Positions 38,204 through 47,487 of a stretch of 57,430 nucleotides of DNA are shown here, piece after piece (the stretch's first letter is position 1; every line of letters starts with the position of its first letter). This DNA comes from an uncultured bacterium (GTDB taxonomy: Bacteria; UBP14; UBA6098; B30-G16), in contig CBEVQY010000016.1 in the NCBI GenBank assembly GCA_965552135.1, positions 1-57,430 on the forward strand, written 5' to 3'. Position numbers and translations under genes: made by a program. Under the pieces are notes generated by a model, which saw nothing but the letters and a program-made list of their open reading frames with translations, had not been told where the DNA came from and ran no database searches.

Positions 38204-39522
38204 TTCGGGATCGCCACCGTGAACTTCGTGCCAACCCCCTCCTCGCTCTCAACCCAGATCTTGCCCCCGTGCCCCTCAACGATCTTTTTAGTTATGAAAA
38301 GCCCAAGCCCCGTGCCCTGACTTTTCGTCGTGTGGAACGGCTCGAATATCGCCTCAAGCATATCCTTCGGTATGCCCACGCCCGTGTCGCTTACGCTGAG
38401 CGTTGCGCACTCGACGCCGTCTACGTGGGATGTCGAGATGCGTATGCGTATCGTCCCGCCGGGTTTCGTAGCTGAAGCGGCGTTGTTAAGGAGGTTGTAG
38501 AGAACCTGCCTCATCCCCGAGAAGGAGTAGGGCACGACGGGGTCGTCCTCTATCTCGACTATAAGCCCCACGCCGCGCTGGCTGAGCTGCTCCTGATAGC
38601 GCGGAACAACCTTGTCGACCACAACCGAAAGCCTTTGAGGGGTTTTCGGAAACTCCCTCCCGCGCGCAACCGCAAGGTGGCTTTCGACTATCCCAGCCAG
38701 CCTGTCGACCTCCTCGGTGATGAACTGCACAAGCTCGGTCACCTCGTCCCCCTCCGCGAGGGGTATCGCCTCTGCGGAGCTTCGGATTATGGCGAGGGGA
38801 TTTCGCACCTCGTGGGCAAGCGTTGCCGCCATCATGCCTATCCCCGAAAGCGTTGCCGCCTGCTCCAGGTGCCGTTCGAGCCTCTCAAGCTCCCTTTTAC
38901 CGATCCACAGCAGCGCGACGACGAAGACGATAGCGGCGGCGCTCACGATGCCCGAGAGCCACAGCCCGCGCCACGCGGCGCCAAGAAGCCTGAAGTACTG
39001 CGCCCCAGCCTCCACACCAACCACCGCGACGACATCACCGAGCGGGTCGGTTATGGGGGCGAAGGCTACGCGCATGAACCTATCGCCCACGCGGTGCAGC
39101 CCGCCGTACGACGGAACTCCCAACGCTGCCGCGCGCAGCGCGCCAACGTCCGAAGCCCAGTAGGGGTTCGCCTCCCCAACCTCAAGCTGCGGGTCGGTGG
39201 AGAAAAGCACCAGCCCCGACGTGTCGAGAACGGCGATCGTGTAAAGTCTTCTGTTGTCGACGAGGGATACAAGCTGCGGCGCTGGGTCCTGGTCGGATAT
39301 CTCGGGCATCCCCAGCACAAGCGCCTCGACCCACTCAAGCGGTAGCTGCGAGGCTATGCTTTTCGCCAGAACCGCAAGGTTCTCCCCGGCGCTCTCCTGC
39401 GCGAAGACGTAAAGTCTTCGGTAGAGGGCGAAGTTTGCGGCGTTGAAGCCAGCCCATATAAGCACAAGGAGAGCGATTCCGACGACGAAGAGCCGCCCAA
39501 GCGATTTTCTGCGCGCCGCCAC
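38200..39522 (-). CDS. Membrane sensor histidine kinase
   Basis: Two TM helices flanking a sensor domain; H-box LAHEVRNPL, N-box NLLNNA, DTGVGI, FEPFHTTK and GTGLGL. Start placed at GTG 39522. Confidence 0.92.
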   Translation of the reverse strand: MAARRKSLGRLFVVGIALLVLIWAGFNAANFALYRRLYVFAQESAGENLAVLAKSIASQLPLEWVEALVLGMPEISDQDPAPQLVSLVDNRRLYTIAVLDTSGLVLFSTDPQLEVGEANPYWASDVGALRAAALGVPSYGGLHRVGDRFMRVAFAPITDPLGDVVAVVGVEAGAQYFRLLGAAWRGLWLSGIVSAAAIVFVVALLWIGKRELERLERHLEQAATLSGIGMMAATLAHEVRNPLAIIRSSAEAIPLAEGDEVTELVQFITEEVDRLAGIVESHLAVARGREFPKTPQRLSVVVDKVVPRYQEQLSQRGVGLIVEIEDDPVVPYSFSGMRQVLYNLLNNAASATKPGGTIRIRISTSHVDGVECATLSVSDTGVGIPKDMLEAIFEPFHTTKSQGTGLGLFITKKIVEGHGGKIWVESEEGVGTKFTVAIPK

Positions 39523-39529
39523 GAAAAAT

Positions 39530-39558
39530 ATGATAAGCCGCAGCTCCGCGCGTTGCAA
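39530..39558 (-). promoter_or_regulatory. Putative leaderless promoter for the histidine kinase
   Basis: TTGCAA-N17-TATCAT-N7-GTG with no SD sequence. Confidence 0.55.
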
Positions 39559-39605
39559 AGGAATTCCGTGCGAGTGGTGCGCCTGAGGCTCGCGGCGGGC
39601 TTGAA

Positions 39606-40490
39606 TCAGTCGACGCAGACGGTCTGCGGGAGGATGTAATCCTTGGGGTCGACGGGCTTTCCGGCTATCCGCACCTCGTAGTGGAGGTGGACGCCCGTGG
39701 TCCTTCCGGTTCTTCCGCAGGTTCCTATAACGTCGCCGCGCCTGACGCGCTGCCCGCGCCTGACCAGGATTCGGTCGAGGTGGGCGTAGCGCGTTTCGAA
39801 CCATATGTGGTTTATGCAGACGACCTTCCCGAATCCGTGCTGCCAGCCTGCGAACTTGACGACGCCGTCGGCGGTTGCGTGAACCGGCGTCCCCTTGGGC
39901 GCGCAGATGTCTATGCCCTCGTGCATGCGCCACTGACCCGTAAGCGGGTCGAGACGCATGCCGAAGCCCGACGAGAAAAACCCCCTCATGGGCGATATCG
40001 ACGGCGTGTGGCGGAGGATCTTCTCCCTCAGGGCGAGCTTTTGCTGGACGGAGTCGAGCGCTGCGATCTCCTGCCGCGCGACGAAGAGGAGGCTGTCGAT
40101 CCGAAGCGCGAGGTCGAAGCGCTGCGGCGCCCTCTCGGGGTCAACAAGCTGCGGACCACCAACCGCGTAGGACCGATTCGGTAAACTCACGCCCGCAAGC
40201 TCGCAGAGCTTGTCGCTTTGTGTGGATATGTAGTCGAAAGCCCGCGACAGCGAGTCGAGCCGCGCCTCAAGGACCCCCACGAACTCCCGAAGCGAATCCC
40301 GCTCTCTGCGCATGCGCTCGACACATACGCCGGAGGGCAGGTGCAGCATGTTCCACACGAAGAGGGCGAGGTTTGCAGCAACGAAAAGCGCCGCCGCCAG
40401 GGCAACACACAACACAAACCAGCCCCTGACCTCAAGCCGCCTGAGCGAACCAGCACCCTCGGAACCCAGTATGATCAAATACTTCCTCAT
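39606..40490 (-). CDS. M23 family metallopeptidase
   Basis: TM helix plus coiled coil; HEGID, YAHL and TGVHLHYEVR. Confidence 0.93.
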   Translation of the reverse strand: MRKYLIILGSEGAGSLRRLEVRGWFVLCVALAAALFVAANLALFVWNMLHLPSGVCVERMRRERDSLREFVGVLEARLDSLSRAFDYISTQSDKLCELAGVSLPNRSYAVGGPQLVDPERAPQRFDLALRIDSLLFVARQEIAALDSVQQKLALREKILRHTPSISPMRGFFSSGFGMRLDPLTGQWRMHEGIDICAPKGTPVHATADGVVKFAGWQHGFGKVVCINHIWFETRYAHLDRILVRRGQRVRRGDVIGTCGRTGRTTGVHLHYEVRIAGKPVDPKDYILPQTVCVD

Positions 40491-40554
40491 CGCCCCGCCC
40501 CTAAATCTTTCCACAAAAAGCCGCTTTCCCGCCTTTGTCAACCCCAAATCGGGG

Positions 40555-41997
40555 TTATTTGCTCACGTTGTTTCTGATCCACTCTACGGCGCGCCTGAGC
40601 CGCCGCAGAACGGTCTCCCTGCCGAGTATGTCGAGCATGAGGAACAGGCTTGGTCCGGCGGTCGTCCCCGAGACGGCGAGGCGAATGGGGTGGATGACCT
40701 TCCCCACCCCAACGCCAAGCTCATCGGCGTAGCCGCGGACTATCTGCTCGAGCTTCCCCTCGCTCCAAGCGTCGAGCGCCTCGAACCTGCGCGAAACCTC
40801 CTCAAGCCAGTCGGCAACGTGGGGCTTGAAGTGCTTGCGAACACCTTTGGGCTCGTAGCCCTCCGGCTCCTCGAAAAAGTAGAAGCCCTTCTCCCTCATC
40901 TCCTCCAGCGTCTTGAGGCGCTCGCGCATGGCAAACGATATCCTGTCGAGGTGCCCTCTATCGAATTTTTCGTCCCAGCCCCAGCGCCTGTAGAAAGGCA
41001 GAAGCTTTTCCGTAAGGTCCTCCGGCGAGAGCATGCGGATGTACTCGCCGTTCATCCACTTAAGCTTTTCGATGTCGAAGACGGCGGCTTTAGGCGAGAG
41101 ACCATCGATGTCGAAGCGGGAGATAAGCTCCTCTCTGGTCATTATCTCGGTGTCGTCCTTCGCCGACCAGCCCAGAAGCGCGAGGTAGTTGAACATCGCC
41201 TCGGGCAGGAACCCCTTCTCCATAAACTCCGTTATCGCCGTTGCCCCGTGCCTTTTGGAGAGCTTCGACTTGTCGGGACCGAGTATCATCGGCAGGTGCA
41301 CGAACTTCGGCGGATCCCAGCCGAAAGCCTCGTAAAGCCTTATGTGCTTGCCCGTGCTTGAGATCCACTCCTCGGCGCGCATAACGTGGGTTATGCCCAT
41401 AAGGTGGTCGTCGACTACGTTGGCGAAGTGGTACGTCGGATACCCGTCGGATTTTATGAGGACGATGTCATCAAGCAGTCTGTTTTCGAAGCGCACCTCG
41501 CCGCGCAGGACGTCGTAGAAGACGGTTTCGCCCTCGGTGGGCATCTTGAGCCGCACGACCTTGTCGGGGTCGGTGGGATCGCCTTTGATGTTTTTGTCGC
41601 GACAGTGCCTGTCGTACATAACGGGGAGCTTTTTTGCGAGCTGCTCCTTGCGGAGCGCCTCGAGGCGCTCCGGAGGGCAGGTGCAGTAGTAAGCCTTCCC
41701 CTCGGCGACAAGCCGCCTTGCGTGCTCGTGGTATATCTCAAGCCGCTGGGACTGGAAGTAGGGACCATATTCTCCGCCCACGCGTGGACCTTCGTCCCAC
41801 TCGAGCCCAAGCCACAAAAGCCCCTCGAATATCGCGTCAAGCGCCCTTGGGTCGTAGCGCTGCCGGTCCGTATCCTCTATCCGCAGCACGAACTTGCCGC
41901 CGTGGTGCCGCGCGAAAAGCCAGTTGAAAAGCGCCGTCCTTATGTTCCCAACGTGGGGAAGACCTGTGGGCGAAGGCGCAAACCTCACCCTGACCAT
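40555..41997 (-). CDS. gltX: Glutamate--tRNA ligase
   Basis: VRVRFAPSPTG.PHVGN, LRIEDTD and KLSKR. Confidence 0.97.
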   Translation of the reverse strand: MVRVRFAPSPTGLPHVGNIRTALFNWLFARHHGGKFVLRIEDTDRQRYDPRALDAIFEGLLWLGLEWDEGPRVGGEYGPYFQSQRLEIYHEHARRLVAEGKAYYCTCPPERLEALRKEQLAKKLPVMYDRHCRDKNIKGDPTDPDKVVRLKMPTEGETVFYDVLRGEVRFENRLLDDIVLIKSDGYPTYHFANVVDDHLMGITHVMRAEEWISSTGKHIRLYEAFGWDPPKFVHLPMILGPDKSKLSKRHGATAITEFMEKGFLPEAMFNYLALLGWSAKDDTEIMTREELISRFDIDGLSPKAAVFDIEKLKWMNGEYIRMLSPEDLTEKLLPFYRRWGWDEKFDRGHLDRISFAMRERLKTLEEMREKGFYFFEEPEGYEPKGVRKHFKPHVADWLEEVSRRFEALDAWSEGKLEQIVRGYADELGVGVGKVIHPIRLAVSGTTAGPSLFLMLDILGRETVLRRLRRAVEWIRNNVSK

Positions 41998-42062
41998 CAA
42001 AACCTCCTTTAAGCAGGCTCTATAATTATCAATAGGGCTTTCCGGTCGCAAGGGGTTTTGGC

Positions 42063-43061
42063 TCACAAAAGGCTTTCGCCCAGGGTCCAGTTCGGCTTTG
42101 TGGGGAAGCTTAGGTCTGCGGTTTGCCCGCGCATCAGGTAGAACTCGCCCGTGACGGCGATCGTGGCGCCGTTGTCGGTGCAGTACTTGGGAGGCGGGAT
42201 GCAGAGCTCCCAGTCCGCCTCGGAGGCTTTTTCCCGCAGCCTCCTGTTCGCCGCGACGCCGCCGACTATGGCTACGCTCCGAACCCCTGTGAGTTTTGAC
42301 GCCTCTGCAAGCTTCATAAGCAGCGCGTCGACCACAGCCTCCTGAAACGACGCCGCGATGTCGGGGAGCCTGCGCTTCGCCTCCGCCGGACCCAGGGAGT
42401 CGAGCAGATTCAGGACGGCGGTCTTAAGCCCCGAGAACGAGAAGTCGAGGTCGCCGGATTTCGCCATTGCTCTGGGGAGCTCGAACGCGTTGGGATTGCC
42501 CTCTGCGGCGAGCCTGTCGATTTGTGGTCCGCCGGGGTATGGCAGTCCCAGCGCAGCTGCGACCTTGTCGAACGCCTCGCCGGCGGCGTCGTCGCGGGTG
42601 CTGCCCAAAAGGCTGTAGCTGCCCCAGTCCTCCACAAGCGCGATCTCGGTGTGCCCACCCGAGACAACGAGGGCAAGAAAGGGCGGCGCGAAATCGCATC
42701 CAAGCTTTGTGGCAAATATGTGAGCCTCGATGTGGTTCACGGGGACGATGGGTATTCCCGCGGCTGCGGCGAGCCCTTTGGCGAAGCACGCGCCCACAAG
42801 GAGTGCTCCGGGAAGACCCGGTCCTGCGGCAACGGCGACGGCGCCAAGCGACCGCGGCGAAACCGACGCCGAATCAAGAACCGAACGGACTATGGGGCAA
42901 AGCTTTCGGACGTGGTCTCTGCTGGCAAGCTCGGGCACAACGCCGCCGTAGCTGGCGTGCACCTTCTGGCTGTACACAACCTCGGCAACAACGGCGCCGT
43001 CGACAACCAGAGCTGCAGCGGTCTCGTCGCACGAAGTCTCTATGCCCAAAACGACGGGCAA
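42063..43061 (-). CDS. tsaD: tRNA N6-adenosine threonylcarbamoyltransferase
   Basis: LGIETSCDET, GGVVPELASRDH, NHIEAH, VSGGHT, DDAAGEAFDK and CTDNG. Confidence 0.97.
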   Translation of the reverse strand: MPVVLGIETSCDETAAALVVDGAVVAEVVYSQKVHASYGGVVPELASRDHVRKLCPIVRSVLDSASVSPRSLGAVAVAAGPGLPGALLVGACFAKGLAAAAGIPIVPVNHIEAHIFATKLGCDFAPPFLALVVSGGHTEIALVEDWGSYSLLGSTRDDAAGEAFDKVAAALGLPYPGGPQIDRLAAEGNPNAFELPRAMAKSGDLDFSFSGLKTAVLNLLDSLGPAEAKRRLPDIAASFQEAVVDALLMKLAEASKLTGVRSVAIVGGVAANRRLREKASEADWELCIPPPKYCTDNGATIAVTGEFYLMRGQTADLSFPTKPNWTLGESLL

Positions 43062-43064
43062 GCC

Positions 43065-43979
43065 TCACCTCCCACCCGACGGAACGAGCTTGATGTACTC
43101 TGGAATCGTCGAGACAACCTGTACATTCTTCGGGCATATCACATCGGGCTTTGCCTTGCCCGCGACCTTGAGCTTGCTGTAGCTGACCAAAGCCTTTATG
43201 TCGCTTGGTTTGATGTTCTCCACATCGGACTTTGCGCCGCTTATGACGACGGATATCCTTTGGGGTGCAAGCTTTCCCGCGCGGCGGGGCGCACCGGTGA
43301 GATTTACCGCCACACCGTCGATGCGCCTGTCGACTATGGGCTCGACGTCGATGAACGCCGTGACGGCATCGGGTATCACGCGGACCATCTCTCCGGGCGG
43401 CAGGAGCCCGACGACGACCGAGGTCGATGTGTTAAACCCGCGCAGGGTCTCCGCCACCGTGTAGACCTCCCTGACCTTCGAGACCCTCTTTTCGGGTCCC
43501 TCCACCGAGACGGTCTGCGGCTCGAGCCGCAGGGGGCTTTTCAGGACAAACCCGCGCGCAGGCTCAACAACAAGCCTCGACACAACGCGCACGCTGCGCT
43601 TGGTCCGCCTGTCGATGTCGATCACAACGCTTTTGGGCGATATGATCTCCTCGACCTCAAGCTGCGAGGAGACGAGCCTGAGGTTTTCGGCGCTAAGCCT
43701 TACGGTCTTCCGCCCGTACGAGAACTTCCTCGCCGATATCACCGCCTGTCCGCCCGCCACAAGCTGGGCGAAAAGGTCCTTCCCCCTGCCGCGGAGCTTC
43801 ACGCGCACAAAGCGCGGTACACGGTTGCCGACAACGTACCTCTGCGGAAGATCAACGACCCTGAGGGGCAGGATGAACTCCTGGCTGTACTCCTTCTCCG
43901 TCACAACGTGCAGCCACAAGACGACGGCGGCAAAAAGCGAAACAAGCGCGAGGAAGAAGTTGCGCACCCTAAGCCGCAT
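43065..43979 (-). CDS. YbbR-like (CdaR) domain protein
   Basis: N-terminal ALVSLFAAVVLWLHV anchor and three YbbR-type repeats (V.V.LRG, P.TV.VEGP, P..I.V.ISG). Confidence 0.85.
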   Translation of the reverse strand: MRLRVRNFFLALVSLFAAVVLWLHVVTEKEYSQEFILPLRVVDLPQRYVVGNRVPRFVRVKLRGRGKDLFAQLVAGGQAVISARKFSYGRKTVRLSAENLRLVSSQLEVEEIISPKSVVIDIDRRTKRSVRVVSRLVVEPARGFVLKSPLRLEPQTVSVEGPEKRVSKVREVYTVAETLRGFNTSTSVVVGLLPPGEMVRVIPDAVTAFIDVEPIVDRRIDGVAVNLTGAPRRAGKLAPQRISVVISGAKSDVENIKPSDIKALVSYSKLKVAGKAKPDVICPKNVQVVSTIPEYIKLVPSGGR

Positions 43980-43990
43980 AAAACAAAAAT

Positions 43991-44023
43991 AAAACCCTTC
44001 GCCCAAGCGGGCAAAGGGCTTTT
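43991..44023 (-). terminator. Hairpin terminator of the small Zn-ribbon gene, overlapping a putative leaderless ybbR promoter
   Basis: The minus strand reads AAAGCCCTTTGCCC-GCTT-GGGCGAAGGGTTTT followed by a T-rich tract. The same DNA reads TTGCCC-N17-TATTTT-N6-ATG. Confidence 0.6.
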
Positions 44024-44046
44024 ATAAGCCACAAAGCGCAAGCGAA

Positions 44047-44244
44047 CTACTTCTTGCTGTATTCGGATATTTTGCTGAAGGAAAGCTCGCCGTTGTCGAT
44101 CCTTATGGCGAATCCACACTCCGGGTTTGAGCACACCCACGCCTTGTACATAATGGACGCGCCGTCCCGCCCGTAGTCGGAAAGCGGGAGAAGAACGCCG
44201 TTGTGGCACTTCTGACAGATGGGGAAAGTCTTTTCCATCGCCAC
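44047..44244 (-). CDS. Small Zn-ribbon protein
   Basis: 63-65 aa with CQKC...LLPLSDYG...YKAWVCSNPEC; strong RBS GGAGGG. Confidence 0.8.
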   Translation of the reverse strand: MAMEKTFPICQKCHNGVLLPLSDYGRDGASIMYKAWVCSNPECGFAIRIDNGELSFSKISEYSKK

Positions 44245-44315
44245 CCTCCCTTCCTTGTTGCTTTCTCGGGCTCTTTCCCCAAAAGCTTGTCAAAATAAGG
44301 GAGGAGCTTTTCTTG

Positions 44316-45065
44316 TCAAACACTTTTTTGCGGCGGCAGGTGTTTTTCCCATCCGCGGAAGACCTCCTCGACGAACTGCGCGATGTGCTCGACGACGGCA
44401 TCGGCATACCTTTGGGCAAGCTCCCTGTCGAATCTTGGTGTCCCCTCGCCGGCCCTGTACAGAAGGAGCGGCGCAGGGTTAGGATAGACATAGCTCCCCT
44501 GCCGCACGAGGAAGGGTGAGATCTCTTCGCACTGCTTTTGTTTGACCAGATTTGGGTCGGCGGCGAGGACCATCGCGGTTTCGTCGAGTGCGGCATGACC
44601 GCCCGCTTCGCCGAAAAAGCGCTTCGTAAGCTCGCCGCAAAGCTCCCACCAGTGGATCACAACGCTCTTTCCGCCCGTAAGCTCCCAGGCGGTTTTGGCT
44701 GCGTTGCGGAGGGGTTCGTAGTGCCCGCCGTGACCGTTAACGACGACCGCGCGCCCAAAGCCCGCGCGGAAAAGCGAGACCAAAACGTCGGTCACGTAAC
44801 CCTCAAAGCTTTGCGGCGAGACAGTGAGCGAGCCGGGGTAGGGAAGGAGCGTCCGCGTTATGCCGTAGGGTATTGTGGGAGCGATTATCGCGTTAAGCCT
44901 TTCGGCGAGGCGCTCGCAGATGTACTCGGGGATCGTCACGTCGGTTCCGAGGTTAGTGCACCCGTGCGCCTCCATCGTGCCCACGGGCAAAAGCACGACG
45001 TCCGTCTTTTGGGGCACAAGGGCGGCGAAGTCGCGATACGTCAACCGGAGCATGTGGCGTTCCAT
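44316..45065 (-). CDS. Creatininase-family amidohydrolase
   Basis: LPVGTMEAHG, GTD, NGHGG and GHAALDET. Confidence 0.9.
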   Translation of the reverse strand: MERHMLRLTYRDFAALVPQKTDVVLLPVGTMEAHGCTNLGTDVTIPEYICERLAERLNAIIAPTIPYGITRTLLPYPGSLTVSPQSFEGYVTDVLVSLFRAGFGRAVVVNGHGGHYEPLRNAAKTAWELTGGKSVVIHWWELCGELTKRFFGEAGGHAALDETAMVLAADPNLVKQKQCEEISPFLVRQGSYVYPNPAPLLLYRAGEGTPRFDRELAQRYADAVVEHIAQFVEEVFRGWEKHLPPQKSV

Positions 45066-45076
45066 CGTGACCTCCT

Positions 45077-46174
45077 TTATGCGTTTCGTAGCCGCGCGGA
45101 GAGAAGGATATCCTCTCCGAGTCTTCGCACTTCAGGCTCTGCGAGCGTGATTGCCTGCTCGATTTTCGGCGCCAGGGGCGCATCGACCGCCGGTGTGCCC
45201 GCGGAGCCGATGAGTTTTGGCGAGACTATGGCGTAAATCCTGTCGACGACGCCTTCCTTTATCGCGCTTCCGATGAGCTTTCCCCCGCCCTCCACAAGCG
45301 CCGACGTGAAGCCCTCCTGCGCAAGCCTTTCGGCGAGCCAGCGCATCGGCACGCGGCTTTCTTTGTCCGCTGGTGCGCGCCACAGCTCGACGCCGCCGGG
45401 CGGATCGCCGTCGAACGGGTTTTCGTGCACGGATACGACGATCGTCCTTGCCGCGCCGTCGCGGAAGATGGCGTGATGCGGGCTTATCCTGCGGCTCCCC
45501 GCGACCACCACCCGAACGGGGTTCCTTCCGCGCACGAGGCGCACGGTGAGCCTTGGATCGTCGCGCACAAGCGTGCCCGCGCCTATTACGACGACGTCGT
45601 GTCTGTCGCGGAGCCTGTGTGCGAACCTCAGCGCCTTTTCGCACGATATCCAGCGGGACGAGCCGTCGGCGGCGGAGATCCTCCCGTCGAGGGACTGCGC
45701 CCACTTCGCAGCCAGAAAAACCCTGCCCAGGGTTATGTACACCTCGAACGCTTCGATGAGCCGGCGCGCGCGCTCCCCAAGAACGCCAACTGTAACCTCA
45801 ATCCCAGCTCGCCTGAGCTCCTCAACACCCCTGCCGCAGACGGCTGGGTTTGGGTCGAGCGCACCCACAACGACCCGACCGAATCCCGCGGAGATTATCG
45901 CCTGTGTGCAGGGCGGGGTTCTTCCATAATGACAGCAGGGCTCCAGGGTGACGTACATCGTTGCGCCGCGCAGATCAGAAAAACCTCTCCTTACGGCGTC
46001 GGATATGGCTTCCACTTCGGCGTGGGGCATTCCCGCGCGCCTGTGCCAGCCGCAACCAACCACCTCGCCGCCCAAAACCACAACCGCTCCAACCGGCGGA
46101 TTAGGCGACGTCCTGCCCAAACCGCGCTCAGCCAGACGAAGCGCAAGCGACATGTACCTTTCGTCGGAAGTCAT
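45077..46174 (-). CDS. ribD: Riboflavin biosynthesis deaminase/reductase
   Basis: TSPNPPVGA, HAE, TLEPCCHYGRTPPC, SLDGRI and VEGGG. Confidence 0.97.
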   Translation of the reverse strand: MTSDERYMSLALRLAERGLGRTSPNPPVGAVVVLGGEVVGCGWHRRAGMPHAEVEAISDAVRRGFSDLRGATMYVTLEPCCHYGRTPPCTQAIISAGFGRVVVGALDPNPAVCGRGVEELRRAGIEVTVGVLGERARRLIEAFEVYITLGRVFLAAKWAQSLDGRISAADGSSRWISCEKALRFAHRLRDRHDVVVIGAGTLVRDDPRLTVRLVRGRNPVRVVVAGSRRISPHHAIFRDGAARTIVVSVHENPFDGDPPGGVELWRAPADKESRVPMRWLAERLAQEGFTSALVEGGGKLIGSAIKEGVVDRIYAIVSPKLIGSAGTPAVDAPLAPKIEQAITLAEPEVRRLGEDILLSARLRNA

Positions 46175-46296
46175 GGCGCCCTTGAAAATTTAAGGGCTGA
46201 CTTGGGCTGTTCCACAAGGGATTTTGAGAGTTTTTCGCTTTCCAAACGCGGGCGAATGCCTTATTTTTTAATTCTACCGAGCAAGGAGGTGACGGG

Positions 46297-47487
46297 ATGG
46301 ATATCTCGGAGCGGGGAAGGAGGGTTCCGCCCTCGCCCATAAGGAAGCTTGTCCCCTACGCCGAGGCAGCCAAAAGGCGCGGCGTTAGGGTTTATCACCT
46401 CAACATAGGTCAGCCCGATATCGAAACTCCGCAGTCGTTCTGGAACGCTGTCCACAGTTACCCCGCAAGGGTCCTCGCCTACGGGAATTCGCAGGGGTTG
46501 CCCGAATACAGAGAGTGGCTTTCAAGATACTACCGCCGAAACGGGATCGACGTCTCCCCCGACGAGATACTGGTCACCACTGGCGGAAGCGAAGCCATTA
46601 TGTTCGCCATGCTCGCCGTAACCGACCCGGGCGACAGGATCATCGTCTTCGAGCCCTTCTACACGAACTACAACGGCTACGCCGTCATGACCGACATCGA
46701 GCTTGTGCCAGTGCGCACTCTGCCGGAGACGGGGTATCACCTTCCGCCGCGGGATGAGATAGAGGCGAAGCTCGACGAGCGCACAAAGGCTATCCTCGTC
46801 TGCTCGCCCAACAACCCCACGGGGACCGTCCTCACGAGGGACGAGATCTCGATGCTTGCCCAGATCGCGCAGGAGCACGACCTCTTCATCATAGCCGACG
46901 AGGTCTACCGCGAGTTCGTGTACGAGGGTGAGCACACAAGCGTTCTGCACCTCCCCGAGCTTTTCGACCGCGGCATAATAGTCGACTCTATCTCGAAGCG
47001 TTTTTCCGCCTGCGGTGCCCGCATAGGCGCCGTTGTGACGAAGAACGCAGACGTTCTGGACGCCGTTTTGCGGATGGGTCAGGCGCGACTTTGCCCGCCG
47101 ACAATAGAGCAGTACGGCGCGCAGGCTGTGCTTATGCAGCTTGAGGACGACTACTTCGACCGCATGCGCGACGAGTATCGCCGCCGGAGGGACGTAACCT
47201 ACGAGGAGCTCGAAAAGCTTCCTGGGGTTTCGTGCAAAAAGCCCGCCGGCGCGTTCTACATGATGGTGACACTGCCCGTCGACGACGTCGAGGATTTTGC
47301 CCGTTTCCTGCTCACCGACTTCTCGCACGACGGCAAGACCGTTATGGTCGCGCCGGGTCCGGGATTCTACGCAACGCCCGGGCTCGGCAGATCAGAGGCG
47401 CGCATAGCCTACGTCCTTGGCGAGGACAAGATGCGCGACGCAATCCAAATCCTGGGCAGAGCCCTGGAGGAATACGGTTCGCGCTAA
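46297..47487 (+). CDS. PLP-dependent aminotransferase class I/II (aspartate aminotransferase-like)
   Basis: LNIGQPD, PNNPTG, DEVY and DSISKRFSACGARIG. Confidence 0.93.
   Translation: MDISERGRRVPPSPIRKLVPYAEAAKRRGVRVYHLNIGQPDIETPQSFWNAVHSYPARVLAYGNSQGLPEYREWLSRYYRRNGIDVSPDEILVTTGGSEAIMFAMLAVTDPGDRIIVFEPFYTNYNGYAVMTDIELVPVRTLPETGYHLPPRDEIEAKLDERTKAILVCSPNNPTGTVLTRDEISMLAQIAQEHDLFIIADEVYREFVYEGEHTSVLHLPELFDRGIIVDSISKRFSACGARIGAVVTKNADVLDAVLRMGQARLCPPTIEQYGAQAVLMQLEDDYFDRMRDEYRRRRDVTYEELEKLPGVSCKKPAGAFYMMVTLPVDDVEDFARFLLTDFSHDGKTVMVAPGPGFYATPGLGRSEARIAYVLGEDKMRDAIQILGRALEEYGSR

Noticed and set aside
40535..40551. ATTTGGGGTTGAC.AA shared upstream of the M23 peptidase gene (minus strand) and lgt (~49643-49658)
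   Set aside because: There are only two copies, both overlapping a -35 hexamer, which is too little to call a regulator site.
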